Below, piece after piece: positions 27,900 to 40,702 of a stretch of DNA of 64,000 bases (positions are counted from its first letter, which is position 1; each line of letters begins with the position of its first letter). Where the stretch lies: contig JBHGNT010000012.1 of the NCBI GenBank assembly GCA_043228905.1, forward strand, positions 13,454,001 through 13,518,000, in the 5' to 3' direction. The position numbers were made by a program, and so were the translations under genes. The notes beneath the pieces were generated by a model. That model ran no database searches, was not told the origin of the DNA, and saw nothing but the letters and a program-made list of their open reading frames with translations. This DNA comes from Azolla caroliniana (lineage: Eukaryota; Plantae; Polypodiophyta).

Positions 27900-29213
27900 T
27901 TGACTTATCTGCCCACCCCACCACATAAAATCATTATCGGCCATTTCCGTTCGCTCTTCAATCAGCTATCGATTTTGCCGAGTATTATCTCAGCCGACTG
28001 GCTCGGATTCAATTTCAATCGAATCGGCTTCTACTCGATTCAGCCGAGCTTTGACTCGGTTCAATTCAGTAGTTGCTCTGTATCATGCTAGAGATAGGAT
28101 ACACAATCGATGTGGTTAGCCGAAATATGAGCAACTCCGGAAGAGAGCTTTGGGTTGCCGTGAAGTGGCTACTTCGGTACCTAAAAGGCACCTTGAACGT
28201 GTGTCTCTATTTCGGTTTAGGTAACCCCACACTAGAAGGTTATACTGACTCAGACATGTCAGCTGATGTGGATACTAGCCGATCCACATCCGGGTACGTA
28301 ATGACTTATGCAGGGGGAGCCCTTTCGTGGCAGTCGAGGTTGCAAGAAGGTCGTGGTGTTGTCGACCACGGAAGCCGAATATATGGTCGCAGCGGAAGCC
28401 GGAAAGGAAATCATATGGATTAAGGAGTTTATCGGTGAGCTGGGAATTCAGCAAGAAAAATTCAAACTCCATTGCGATAACCAGAGTGTCATTCACCTTG
28501 CGAAAAATGCCACCTACTACTCAAGGACCAAACACATCCAGAGAAGATATCATTGACTTCGAGAGTGAGTAGAAGAAAAGGAGTTTGCCCTAGTGAAGAT
28601 CCACATGGCCGAAAATGGATTGGATATGTTGACGAAGGTGCTGTCAGCCGAAAAGCTAAACGCGTGCCAACAGAGAGTCGGTTTGGTGAAGTACCCCATG
28701 CCGAAGTGAAGGGGGAGTTTGTTGGGAAACAATTCCCTCTGGATGGGAAGAGAAGTACCGAAATCAAACAACAAAATTGTTTCGGAAGACTATAATTGTT
28801 GATAGTCTAAAATGCCCCTTGTGGGCTATACTTGTAAATAGTCAGAAAGTTGTTTTTGTTTATAAGTAACTAGGGCAAACTTTAGTATTGTAGTTGATCA
28901 TTATTGAAAAGTTAGAACGAGGTAGTTGCCTCTGTAACCGTGAGTGAGAGAGTGAGAGTGTAACTCTATAGCCGTCTGTCATATGAAGGAGAGCTCGAGG
29001 TCGTTACCTCCGAGTTCCGTATCTGTACTTCCTCTCTACTATAGTGATCTGTTTTTCTCAGGGTTTGTGGACCTCCGTGGTTTTTCCCATTTTGGGTTTC
29101 CCACGTAAAATATCGGTGTCTCTGTGGCTTCGCGTGTTTGTCTGTGTACTAGTTCTTGGTTTCTGCACACGAATACGAATGTGTAACGAGTTGTGGCTAG
29201 TCGATTCCTAACA
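27900..29213 (+). mobile_element. Copia family B 3' fragment with LTR ~28720-29213
   Basis: DSDMSADVDTSRSTSGY, LSTTEAEY and TKHIQRRYH; PPT GAAGGGGGAG followed by TGTTGGG...CA. Confidence 0.82.
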
Positions 29214-29760
29214 CATTCGAATGGTCGACCTGGCTATCTCGTCTAGGGAGCGCCATTCATCTGCTGTCATCGAGGCCGGTTTGTTGTTGTGCCGTATCAC
29301 CTCAATTTGACGCCGGATGATTAGTACATCCTGCATCATCTCCTTCCATAGGGCAAAGTTCATTCCATTGAACTTCTAGATTTCCACGTTTGTGTCGGAT
29401 GTAGAAGCTATCTTTTGGGAGTGAGGTTTTGTTGACCTAGTCTTTTCTTTCAATTAGATAACTTCTTTTTCAGCTTTCAGCTTGTTCGTTGCCACCTGGC
29501 ATAGAACCTCTCACTAATACCACTTGTTGAATATGATATACAAAAGGATATGAGGATCTGCAGGGTAATGTGTCAAGCAAACAACATGTACAAGACCGAG
29601 AAGTAGAGTATGCTCTATAGACAGGAGATAAGAAGCAAGATAGGCAGTGTATTAAGCTCCAATGGAAATTTGTTATTCTCTTCTGAAGACTCGCTCTCTT
29701 TACAATGTTACAATTAGTCTTATATACTCAACCCCTAACTCATGAACGTATTCAAACTAA
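29214..29760 (-). mobile_element. Another Copia 5' fragment (gag N-terminus, degenerate PBS, partial LTR)
   Basis: KFNGMNFALWKEMMQDVLI...EWRSLDEIARSTIRM; PBS-like TGGTATTAG at ~29514-29522. Confidence 0.65.
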
Positions 29761-29968
29761 GGATACAAAGTGGAAGGAGTCGGCCTTTTATGCCAATAGT
29801 GGAGAACCGATCTAGACACTGAGTGAAGACACTTTGGTTCAATAACGGAGGTGAATACACCTTCTGAGCGTTGAACCAGTACCTGTCCGACAAAGGGATC
29901 TGACGTCAAAAGATCGTTCCATATACTCCCATGCAAAACGGTGTGGTGGAACGGATCAATTGAACACT
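29761..29968 (+). mobile_element. Copia integrase fragment
   Basis: NGGEYT...YLSDKGI...PYTPMQNGVVERIN. Confidence 0.7.
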
Positions 29969-30747
29969 CCCTCGTCACAAGACACACAAACACACAAGCA
30001 AGAGAGAGGAGAGTGGTGTCACTTTGACTGAAAGGGAGAATTACTTATGGGTTTAGTAATTTTCATATTTGGAGTCTGTTTTTCTCTCTTCTTTGTTAGG
30101 TGGACTGAATGAAGAAGTTTTTAGGTTTCTCACTACGATGACTAATGATGATGGGAAATAGTCTGCATTCATTTTGTTGTTATTTATATAGGAATTCGGC
30201 GAGATGGTTGATGTGGACTGAATGAAGAATTTTTTTCATAAGGCCGTCTTGAGATGGTGTGTGGGTCGAAACATTGTTTGTTTAGAGGTTATGAGGGTAC
30301 TATAATATCATTTTGTTCATATACGACATCGTTTGGGAGATTTATATATATATATATATATATTGTTGCTCATTAGGGTGAGGAATAATGATGGTAGAGG
30401 TTAAATCATGTCGCTATCATGAGAGGATGAGTGATGATGGTGTGGAGGACGAAGCAGATCATGAGGAGAGGAGGAAATATTGTGGACTCATTTTGTTGTT
30501 ATTTGTATAGGAATTCAGTGAACATGTTCGCATTCACAAGTGGAAGGATCACGCATAAATGGAAGGATAAGGAAAATTCCTCCGTTAGCCGGGGAACCGG
30601 GGGAGATAATAGAGCTTGATAATGAGCTTATAGAAGATATTTCGTTGGCTCGGCTAAAAGGGGAAGCCAATGCACATATAGCCGAAGAGACTTCTATACA
30701 GGATGATGAAGAAAATGGCATTGACGATTTGATTGCTATGTAGTAGA

Positions 30748-33700
30748 TGTTGGGATTTTTCGGTCCCTCCGGATGGGATGTCCGGAGATGAATGACGGCA
30801 ATCCCGGTTACGGTTACGGTCCCGGCTACGGAGCCGGATGATGAAGACCTCGGCTACGGAGCCGGATGATGAAGACCCCGGCTACGGAGCCGGATGATGA
30901 ACGTACCCGGAGCGAGATACGGATGCGGGGACATATTTGTGAATATGCTTACCAAGGGCCCTTGAGGCTATATTTGTAAATAACCCGAAAGTCATATGTG
31001 TATAAATATGACTTAGGGCAAACAGTTTTAAGTCGTTGCTCATTTTTATGTTTTCAGCCGAGAGAGAGCAAAGTGAGAGCAGCCGAGAGAGAGAGGGAGA
31101 GGAAGGAAGAGGTCGACGCCTCTGTGTAATATCGCCGCCTGTGGCGAAGGCAGTGAGCTCAAGGTTGTTGCCTTGTAGCTTCACCATTGTACATCTCTGT
31201 GTATTGTGATAGTTGGAGTTTGAGGACTCCCGTGGTTTTTCCCATTTAGGGTTTTCCACGTAAAACATCCTGTGTACTCTTCTCTCTATTGTCTTCGTGC
31301 ATTTTTTTTTGTATTTCCCGTTTTCTGTGAATCGATCCTACTACTTGGTGGCGGCCGAGCACTGTTGTTCAACAATTTGGTATCAGAGCACGGTTAACAC
31401 AGAAAATGGAAGGCGGCGGTAGTGGGCCTCCGGGCATGATGGTGTTGAACTCACAGAACTACGCCGACTGGAAGATAAAGATGGAAGACCTTCTCATCGT
31501 CCGAGACCTGTACGAACTGATCGACAATGCCGAGATACCCAAGGGGGTAATAGAGTCGGAGTGGAAGCTCCTGAACCGGAAAGCCGTAGCGACGATCCGG
31601 CAATATGTAGATGTAAGTGTTCTGCAACATGTGGCGAACGACACCAACGCATATGAGATGTGGAAGAAGCTGTCGGGCCTCTACGAGAGGAAGAATGCGT
31701 TGAACCGGACCTCCCTGATGAGGAAGATAGTGAACCTCAAGTACCGGGACGGCGAGAATATGGTGGAACACGTGAGCACGTTCATGGGATTCGTGAACCA
31801 GCTTGCGGCGATCAAGTTCCCGTTGGAGGATGCAATGCAAGCCATCATTCTGATGTGTACATTGCCGGAAAGCTGGGAGAACTTGGTGGTGACTCTCAGC
31901 ACCTCCTGCATCGAAGATAACTTGTCTCTACAAACGGTAAAGACAAGCATTTTGAACGAAGAAGCGCGTCGGAGAGATAAAGAACCGGTTTCCGATCCGA
32001 AGATGCTGCTTACCGAATCGGATCGGGGAAGACAATGGAACCGGAGTCCGCAAAGACGGGAGAAGTCGGGGACCCGGTCGCAGTCAAGAGGAAGACCCAC
32101 ATGCTTCCACTGTGGGAAGCCGGGGCACTTCCGGAAGAATTGTCGGCATTACCGAAAGGACAACGGAGCCGACGACACCGATTCGAAGAAGTCACCGGAG
32201 AGAAACGGTGCATACCGGGGAGCCACGGACCGGAGAGGTCCGGATCGGCGAGGGCAGGACCGGAAAGGAACGACGGCACTCGCGGCAAGTGAAGAAGAGA
32301 TAATGCTCATTACCGAAGAGAGGGAGCTGAACCTTGCCGGTGTAGAGATGACCTGGGTGGTCGATTCCGGAGCGTCGTTCCACCTGACCCCGGAGAAGAA
32401 ATACTTCTCATCCTACACAGCCGGTGAGCACGGCTGTGTCCGGATGGGAAATGAAGGCACATGTCGGATTGCCGGCATAGGAGACGTGTGGCTGATGACA
32501 TCAACCGGATGCAAGATGCTGCTGAAGGATGTACGACACGTTCCGGAGGTCCGATTGAACCTGATTTCGGCCGGGAGGCTAGACGATGAAGGCTACACGG
32601 GTAGCATCCGGAACGGTGTCATGAAGTTCAGCAAAGGGAGCCTGATAGTGGCTCGGGCCCGGAAGGTCAACACACTGTACCTGATGAATTCCCGGCTATG
32701 TCCGGAGGAGCTGAACGTGGCAGCCGATACTGCCGGTGAGCTGTGGCACAAGAGACTGTGTCACATGAGTGAGAAGGGGATGAAGAGGCTTGCAGAAGAC
32801 AACCTTATTCCAGTGAAGCATGTGCACCTGGAGAAGTGCACCGATTGCCTGGCCGGTAAACAGAACCGAACCTCCTTCCACTCAAGGCCACCGACGAGAC
32901 GTAGTGTACCATTGGAGTTGGTACACACTGATGTGTGTCAGGTAGAAACGAAGTCACATGGCGGAGCCCAGTACTTCGTAACATTCATAGATGACCATAG
33001 CCGGAAGCTGTGGACGGCACCGTTGAAGACAAAGGACCAAGTATTGTCCGTCTTCAAAGAACTCCACGCGAGAGTGCAAAGGGAATCCGGCAAGGAGCTG
33101 AAAGCGATACGAGCGGATAACGGAGGGGAATACCGGGGGCAGTTCGAGGAGTACTGTCGCTCGAAGGGAATCCGGCTCGAGTTTACTGTGCCGAAGACGC
33201 CGGAACTGAACGGGCTGGCCGAGAGGATGAACCGGACCATAATGGAGAGGGTTCGGAGTATGCTGGCGCATGCGAAATTACCCAAGGGGTTTTGGGCTGA
33301 GGCAATGTCGACGGCGACATACGTGATAAACAGATCACCCTCAGTACCTTTGGATGGAGACACGCCGCAGAGAGTGTGGACCGGTAGGGAAGTATCCTAC
33401 CGGCATCTGAAGGTGTTCGGGTGTCTCGCATATGTGCATGTGGCAAAGGACCGGAGAGGAAAGCTAGACCCAAAGACCCGGCCATGCATATTCCTCGGTT
33501 ACGGCGACGACGAGTTCGGCTACCGAGTATGGGACCCGGTCGACAAAAAGATATTCCGGAGTCGTGATATCATCTTCATGGAGGACAAGACACTCGCCGA
33601 CTGGGAGTCGGAGAAGAAGATGAAGAGCTCCAAGTCGTCCGGTGAGGATCAACTCTACGAGGAGCAGTCCCGACCGGCAAGGGACCGGTTAGCACTCGAG

Positions 33701-36116
33701 GATCCGGCCAAAGACGGTGAAGAAACAGAACCGGCCGAGGAAGATGAAACTGATACCGGAACCGGCCCCGATCCCGAAATGGATTCGGATGAAGAGGAAA
33801 CGGAGGAGCCGGTTACCGAAGCTCCGGAACGGAGATATCCTCTAGGAGAGAGAAGGGCCCCCCGGAGATTTCCGGAACCAGAGCACGTGCTGCTAACCGA
33901 CGAGGGGGAGCCAGAGAGTTTTGAAGAAGCAAAGCTTGACACCCATAGCCGCAGGTGGTTAAGTGCCATGCAGGAGGAGATGGATTCCCTGCATGAGAAC
34001 CACACATATGAACTTGTGGAGTTGTCGAAAGGAAAGCGGGCACTTCGAAACAAGTGGGTGTTCAAGCTGAAACCGGGAGATGCCGGAAACCCCCCGAGAT
34101 ACAAAGCCAGGATCGTGGTGAAGGGGTTTCAGCAGAAGAAGGGCGTCGACTTCGACGAGATATTTGCCCCGGTAGTGAAGATGACCTCCATCCGGACGGT
34201 GCTGAGCATAGCGGCAAGCATGGACCTCGAGGTAGAACAGATGGACGTGAAGACGGCATTCCTTCACGGTGACCTCGAAGAAGAGATCTACATGCAGCAA
34301 CCGGAAGGATTCGAGAAGAAAGGGAAGGAGCACCTGGTATGCCGGTTGAAGAAGAGCCTTTACGGACTGAAGCAGGCTCCCCAGCAATGGTACCGGAAGT
34401 TCGACTCTTTCATGACCGACGAAGGGTACCACAAAACGTAGTCCGATCACTGCGTGTTTGTGAAGAAGTTCGAAGGAGGAGACTTTCTAATACTCCTCCT
34501 GTACGTGGACGACATGTTGATCGTCGGACGGGACCAGGTCAAGATACAGATGCTGAAGAAAGCGCTTCACCGAACCTTCTCAATGAAGGACCTGGGTCCG
34601 GCGAGGCAAATACTAGGGATGCACATCATCCGGGACCGGAAGAAGAAGCAGTTGTGGCTGTCACAGGAGAAGTATGTGACAAAGGTGCTTCACCAGTTCA
34701 ACATGTCGAAAGCAAGACCGGTCGGTTCAACCCTCCCGGCAAACTGCAAGTTGTCCAGCAAGCAAAGCCCCAAGACAAAGGCTGAGAAGGAGGACATGAT
34801 GAAAGTGCCATATGCCTCTGCCGTCGGAAGCTTGATGTACGCAATGGTGTGTACAAGACCGGACATAGGATATGCAGTCGGAGTGGTGAGCCGGTACATG
34901 AGCAATCCCGGCAAAGAGCACTGGAATGCGGCCAAGTGGATACTCCGATACCTGAAGGGCACGGCAAACGTATGCCTCCGATTCGGCTCCGGTAAGCCCG
35001 AACTCGACGGCTTTACCGATTCGGATATGTCGGCCGATGCAGATACCAGCCGGTCCACATCAGGGTATGTGATGACGTATGCAGGGGGAGCTGTTTCGTG
35101 GCAGTCGAAGCTGCAGAAGACGGTTGCGTTGTCAACCACGGAGGCGGAGTACATGGCGGCCGTTGAAGCCGGCAAGGAAATAATATGGATGAAGGACTTC
35201 ATTAGAGAGCTCGGTATCCGGCAGGAGGAGTACCGACTCTACTGCGACAGTCAGAGTGCCATCCACCTTGCGAAGAATGCGGCCTATCACTCCCGGACGA
35301 AGCACATCCAGCGTAGATACCACTGGATCCGGGAAAGGATAGAAGACAAGGAGTTCGTGCTGACGAAGATCCACACGGACGAGAACGGGTCGGATATGCT
35401 GACCAAGGTACTTACACCCGACAAGCTGGAAGCATGCCGGAAGAGGATCGGATTGGAGAGACATCCCATGCCGAAGTGAAGGGGGAGTTTGTTGGTATTT
35501 TTCGGTCCCTCCGGATGGGATGTCCGGAGATGAATGACGGCAATCCCGGTTACGGTTACGGTCCCGGCTACGGAGCCGGATGATGAAGACCTCGGCTACG
35601 GAGCCGGATGATGAAGACCCCGGCTACGGAGCCGGATGATGAACGTACTCGGAGCGAGATCCGGGTGCGGGGACATATTTGTGAATATGCTTACCAAGGG
35701 CCCTTGAGGCTATATTTGTAAATAACCCGAAAGTCATATGTGTATAAATATGACTTAGGGCAAACAGTTTTAAGTTGTTGCTCATTTTTATGTTTTCAGC
35801 CGAGAGAGAGCAAAGTGAGAGCAGCCGAGAGAGAGAGGGAGAGGAAGGAAGAGGTCGACGCCTCTGTGTAATATCGCCGCCTGTGGCGAAGGCAGTGAGC
35901 TCAAGGTTGTTGCCTTGTAGCTTCACCATTGTACATCTCTGTGTATTGTGATAGTTGGAGTTTGAGGACTCCCGTGGTTTTTCCCATTTAGGGTTTTCCA
36001 CGTAAAACATCCTGTGTACTCTTCTCTCTATTGTCTTCGTGCATTTTTTTTTGTATTTCCCGTTTTCTGTGAATCGATCCTACTACTTGGTGGCGGCCGA
36101 GCACTGTTGTTCAACA
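30748..36116 (+). mobile_element. Young full-length Ty1/Copia LTR retrotransposon (family B)
   Basis: 627-bp LTRs 30748-31374 and 35490-36116 (TG...CA, ~5 differences); TSD GTAGA 30743-30747 and 36117-36121; PBS TGGTATCAGAGC 31378-31389; PPT ~35478-35487. Confidence 0.97.
31406..35479 (+). pseudogene. Copia gag-pol (1357 codons) with a single in-frame TAG at 34439-34441
   Basis: ORFs 31406-34441 and 34454-35479 share a frame; CFHCGKPGHFRKNC, VVDSGASFH, HTDV/DNGGEY/AERMNRT, YVDD and RNaseH motifs all present. Confidence 0.95.
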
Positions 36117-37619
36117 GTAGACTCTTTTAAAAACGCGAAATGTAATGTTTGGATTTCACATTATTAATACAAATTTTGGGTCTTACTTGGTGGACTCTAT
36201 TCTTTATAAACTTCTATATGTGTCAATTTTATTTTTATATACTTGGTTACTAGACTTATGACATTGGTTTCACCATGTGCATTGTTGGCTACCAAATTTA
36301 TGGAGAAACATGAATTAGTTAAAATTGAGGCTGATTTTGGTCAAAGTTTACCTTAACATAACATGGTCGTAGAATTGTTGCCATGAATGTCCATGTTGTT
36401 ATTATGGATCTTTGTCTTCTATTGTTAAAACTATTATGTTTCTCTTCCATTGCTGCTTAGATTGCATAGTGTGTTGATAATGGTTCCACTAGCGTTATCC
36501 GCATGTTTTTATATGCTTGTAGTTCCACTAGCGTTCGGAGTTTGATCCCGTGTGAATCACCTAAGCAATAGATTAGATCAATTTTAAAGACATTGTCCAC
36601 AATTATATACATATGGTTTGATTCCATACGAACAACTGAGGAATAGATTAGATCAACTTTAAATACAAGTATTAAATACTTTAATAAGTTAGTTATTCCA
36701 ATCACATTATCCTAAAGTGCACTATCCTACATTGTCCACAATTATATACATGCAAGTATGGGTCAAAGTATAAATTATAACTCATTTTATTAGTATGGTT
36801 ACAAGTACACCTCATATTTTTGTAAAACTTACCAAATTAATATAAGTCTTTAACTTAGTGTTTCCCATGTCGCACATTAGTGACATACTGAGCCATTGTT
36901 GAAGTTTATTATGCCTACATTAACTTATCAACATGTCCAAACTTCCATGATTTCTAATGATCTCTACTCGTAGACCTATCATGTATTTTTATATTTGCAA
37001 ATTCTAAGCAAGTTGTGGAACATGTAATACTAGTGCATCCAATTTTTGTAGAGAGGGTATATTTGATAGTTTCAAGAAGATTCTACAAGTGGAATGCGCA
37101 ATCCTTCCATTTGTGAACGCGAACGTGTTGGTGGTAATCGGCGAGATGGTGATGTGGACTGAATGAAGAAATTTTCTCTGTAAGGATGAGTGAAGATGGT
37201 GGGGGGGTCGAAGCTGGCTACCATGAGTAGGTGAGGAAACTTTTAGATTAATTTTCTGTTGTTAATACAAGATTTTTGTGGCCATTGGCAAGATGCTTAG
37301 ATGGTCGGTTCATTAACATGTTGATGTGGACTAAATGAAGAACATTTTAGGTTTTGTCATTATGATGTGTGTTGATGGTGCGACAATAGGGATTGAAGCA
37401 TAATAATATGATGAGAGGATGAGTGACGACAGTGTGGGAGCCAAAGCAGACCATGAGGGAGGAAGAAATAGTTTACATTTATTTCGTTTTTAGTTGTACG
37501 GTTACTTAGTGTGATTGGCAAGATGATTGATGTGGACTGAATGAAGAATTTTTTGCTATAAGGATGAGTGAAGAAGGTGTAGGGGTTGAAGCATATTTTC
37601 TTGAGGGTCATTGAGAGAT

Positions 37620-37888
37620 GGGTATATTATTCATGAACATGTGGTTTGAGATGAGATTGAAAAATATATTATGGTCCGTACTTTACTCATCGATATGTAT
37701 GGCAAAGGTGGTGATTTGGACGAAACTCCATCGACATTTGAAGATATGTGTGAGATGACTGTAGTCTCATGGAATACTTTAAGTGAAGCATATTGCAGCA
37801 ACAATCAAGGGGAAGAAGAGGAAGCATTTCATCTTTTTATTGAATTGCAGCATGAACTTGTAATGCCAGATGTGGTCACTTTCATATT
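37620..37888 (+). pseudogene. PLS-class PPR gene fragment
   Basis: GYIIHEHV...LLIDMYGKGGDL...FEDMCEMTVVSWNTLSEAY...AFHLFIELQHELVMPDVVTF. Confidence 0.78.
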
Positions 37889-37954
37889 CTTCGAGAAGGA
37901 GAATACAAAACCTCATGTAGTGAACTTTCTGGGTGATTTAACTGTGTACAAATC

Positions 37955-38355
37955 TCACTTCATTAGATGGTTGTCTCAGCTTTTCGGATGATTTGGAAAC
38001 ACTTGAAAAGGTTGTTAATCTTCTTGCATACGTAAGTCATAAGGATCTGTTTGCATATTTCTAAAGGAATAAGCTTGTTGGAGGCTTCTATTTGACAAGA
38101 GTGCAAATGATGATCATGAAGCAAAGCTAAAGCAACAGTGTGGAGGTCATTTTACCTCCAAAACAGCTATTGGAAAAGAAGCATTCAAGATGCCATGCAT
38201 TCAGGATTAGACCAAGCATTTGTACGAAATGTGTTTGAATTGCAGAATAAATATCTGCAATAGGTGAGTAATGCTCTGTACTGATTCCCTTTTTCACAAG
38301 GCTCTAAAGGAAGCTTTTGAAGTTTTTTGTAACAAAGGTGTTGCTGGAAGCAGCA
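37955..38355 (+). pseudogene. CUL1: Scrambled intronless cullin-1 fragments
   Basis: IRWLSQLF; TLEKVVNLLAYVSHKDLFA; [12 protein letters not shown]; [13 protein letters not shown]; [12 protein letters not shown]; QAFVRNVFELQNKYL; [23 protein letters not shown]. Confidence 0.85.
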
Positions 38356-38703
38356 ACGTTGACCTATTGGTTGTATTTTGTAGCAGCTACGCTTTTTAAA
38401 ACTAATGGAAGGATATCTTGTTTGGAAAAAAAAAAAAGATTTAAACACAAGACACAAAAGTTCGAATGCCTTTGTGAAAGGAGAGGTGCATAAGCAAGCC
38501 CGAAGGCGTCCTCGTCACAAGACACACAAACACACAAACAAGATTTAAACACGAGACACAAAAGTTTGAATAATACTCTAATACTATTCTATTTCTTGTT
38601 TGAAGAATTTAAGGTTTCTTTTAAAGTAGTGTATACTTACATTACTATTTGAAAGATTAATCATGGGTGTCAAACCTACTCTTTGAAAGATTAACCATAA
38701 CTA

Positions 38704-39352
38704 CTAGGTGGTAACACATGATATATCACGGGGAATATCAAATAGATAATGGGTTAAAGCAGTAAATTAAGTTATATAGTATGTTTATTTGAAAGTACTA
38801 TTACACAGTGTGCATCTCCGCCATCAATTAGTTATTGAATGGACACTTTTTATCATTGAAGTTCATGATGTAATAAAAAGTTAAAACAATTGATGTTGTC
38901 ATTATGGAAATGAGTAATTAACATTTTGAGTGTTGACTAGTCATTGATTGTATTGAGGATTGAACTACGAAGTTTTCAAGGACCACAATATGAATGATTG
39001 ATTTAATATGTGTCCATGTAAGATGTTTAATGCTACAAGATTTACGAAAATATTGCAACATCAACTCGGAAAAGCACAAATTTGGTAAGAATTTTCACGA
39101 AACCTTCTAGGGAGAACATATACTTTGATTTTCTAAATCCGTCCACTATAAGGATCTAAATTAATTCTATGTTGCGTCTTTATTCTATGGATGATAATTA
39201 TCATAAAATGTGACAAATAATATCTGTAATCTTAGAATGAAAATAAATAACTAGTCCATTTATTTGCTTCAAGAATGTAACTATGTTGCCAATGGTGCAC
39301 AATGCAAACTCACACGAACCCTTCCCCATTGTCTCCATTTGTGAGTAGTAGA
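38704..39352 (-). mobile_element. Possible short non-autonomous Helitron
   Basis: Minus-strand hairpin CGTGATATATCATG, 9 nt, then CTAG|T at 38704; candidate 5' TCTACTACT near 39352, which is not preceded by A. Confidence 0.35.
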
Positions 39353-40055
39353 GTCTAAGCAATGATTTGTGTAGTCACAAATAAAGCACACACAGACATG
39401 CACACATGGTGTGGGGTTTGAGAGGGTCCACATTAATGTTTGGTTTAACTACCAATAAGGGAATAACATTTAAAAGATATGTAGTTTTTCTTTTTCAACG
39501 ATAGAACATGAGTTAAATAGGAATGGTTTATGTAGAAGTATATGGACACATACAATGAACCTAGTCCATAAACTTAGGCATCTAATTTAGAGCAAAACAA
39601 AGCACAAAAGTAGTAACATTGACGCAATTGCACGCACTCACATCAGAGGAAAAACTTATATGAGCATTGGGAATTTTTTACTGGGGACAAGTACAAGAGC
39701 AAAGTGTCTCACATATTCTTTGTAAAGTTTTATTGGATTAATAATTCAAAGCTTGGGTTATTTATTTTCTTTTCATTGACTTTTTCCTACTCATAGAAGT
39801 AAGTTCTCTATCCTACCTATGTGTTTTATGTATGTTTGATAAGAGTATTTAAGTGCAACATGGTCCGTCAACATAGCCATGGTTTGTCCTAACCATTCGT
39901 GGATGGAACTTGAGTACGTATTTCCATGAGTGCACATCGATCATGTTAGTACAACATTAAAAAGTGATATAATTATAATGTTAACATAAATCAACATATT
40001 CGAATAAGTGACAAGTTAATGGTTAGATAGTCGTCTGGCAATGGCAAATAATCCA

Positions 40056-40058
<3 letters not shown>

Positions 40059-40089
<31 letters not shown>
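40059..40089. repeat. (GA)n microsatellite
   Basis: Direct observation. Confidence 0.9.
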
Positions 40090-40091
<2 letters not shown>

Positions 40092-40312
40092 TATATCTAC
40101 TCTTATGAATAGATGGATGAAAAAAACCCCTTGTCAATTATCCCATTGCAATTAGCTTTTTATATATTGGAAGAGCTTATGGAAAAGCTTTGTTGCAAAC
40201 ATCACTATTAACCAATGCATATTGTGTGGGTTTGAAATATTATTTTCTTTGGAATAAATGAATGAAGAGGAGGGAGGCCACGCCAATAGACTTATATTTC
40301 AGAGAGGGAGGA

Positions 40313-40314
<2 letters not shown>

Positions 40315-40372
<58 letters not shown>
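40315..40372. repeat. (AT)n microsatellite
   Basis: Direct observation. Confidence 0.9.
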
Positions 40373-40376
<4 letters not shown>

Positions 40377-40702
40377 AATTCACATGGATTGAATGTGTTG
40401 GTAATGGAGTTGGGGGAAGTTGCGAGCATCTAGGCTAAAATTATAATTTATTGTTTGGCAACCATTTGGTAGACAAAGACGTGGAATGATGAGAGCCATG
40501 GGGCGGGGAACGGTGTGGAATGATTGCTCTCCCCCTTCCTTTTTCTTTTCCTTCCTTCCCGCGGGGGGGGGGGGGGGGTACACAAACATAAAAAGTCAAA
40601 ACTATGAGCCTATAGGAAAAACAGAAAAGACAGAATAGATGTAGTGCGGGTGTGGGGTGAGCTGCGCTGCACGTTGAGGAAGGAAGGAAGGAAGGGAGGT
40701 AG

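Noticed and set aside
30882-31268. 128-aa minus ORF, duplicated at 35624-36010
   Set aside because: It lies wholly within the LTRs, has no domain, and is duplicated only because the LTRs are.
34439-34441. Programmed stop read-through in Copia pol
   Set aside because: The stop is in mid-RT and sister copies encode Gln there, so a point mutation is the simpler explanation.
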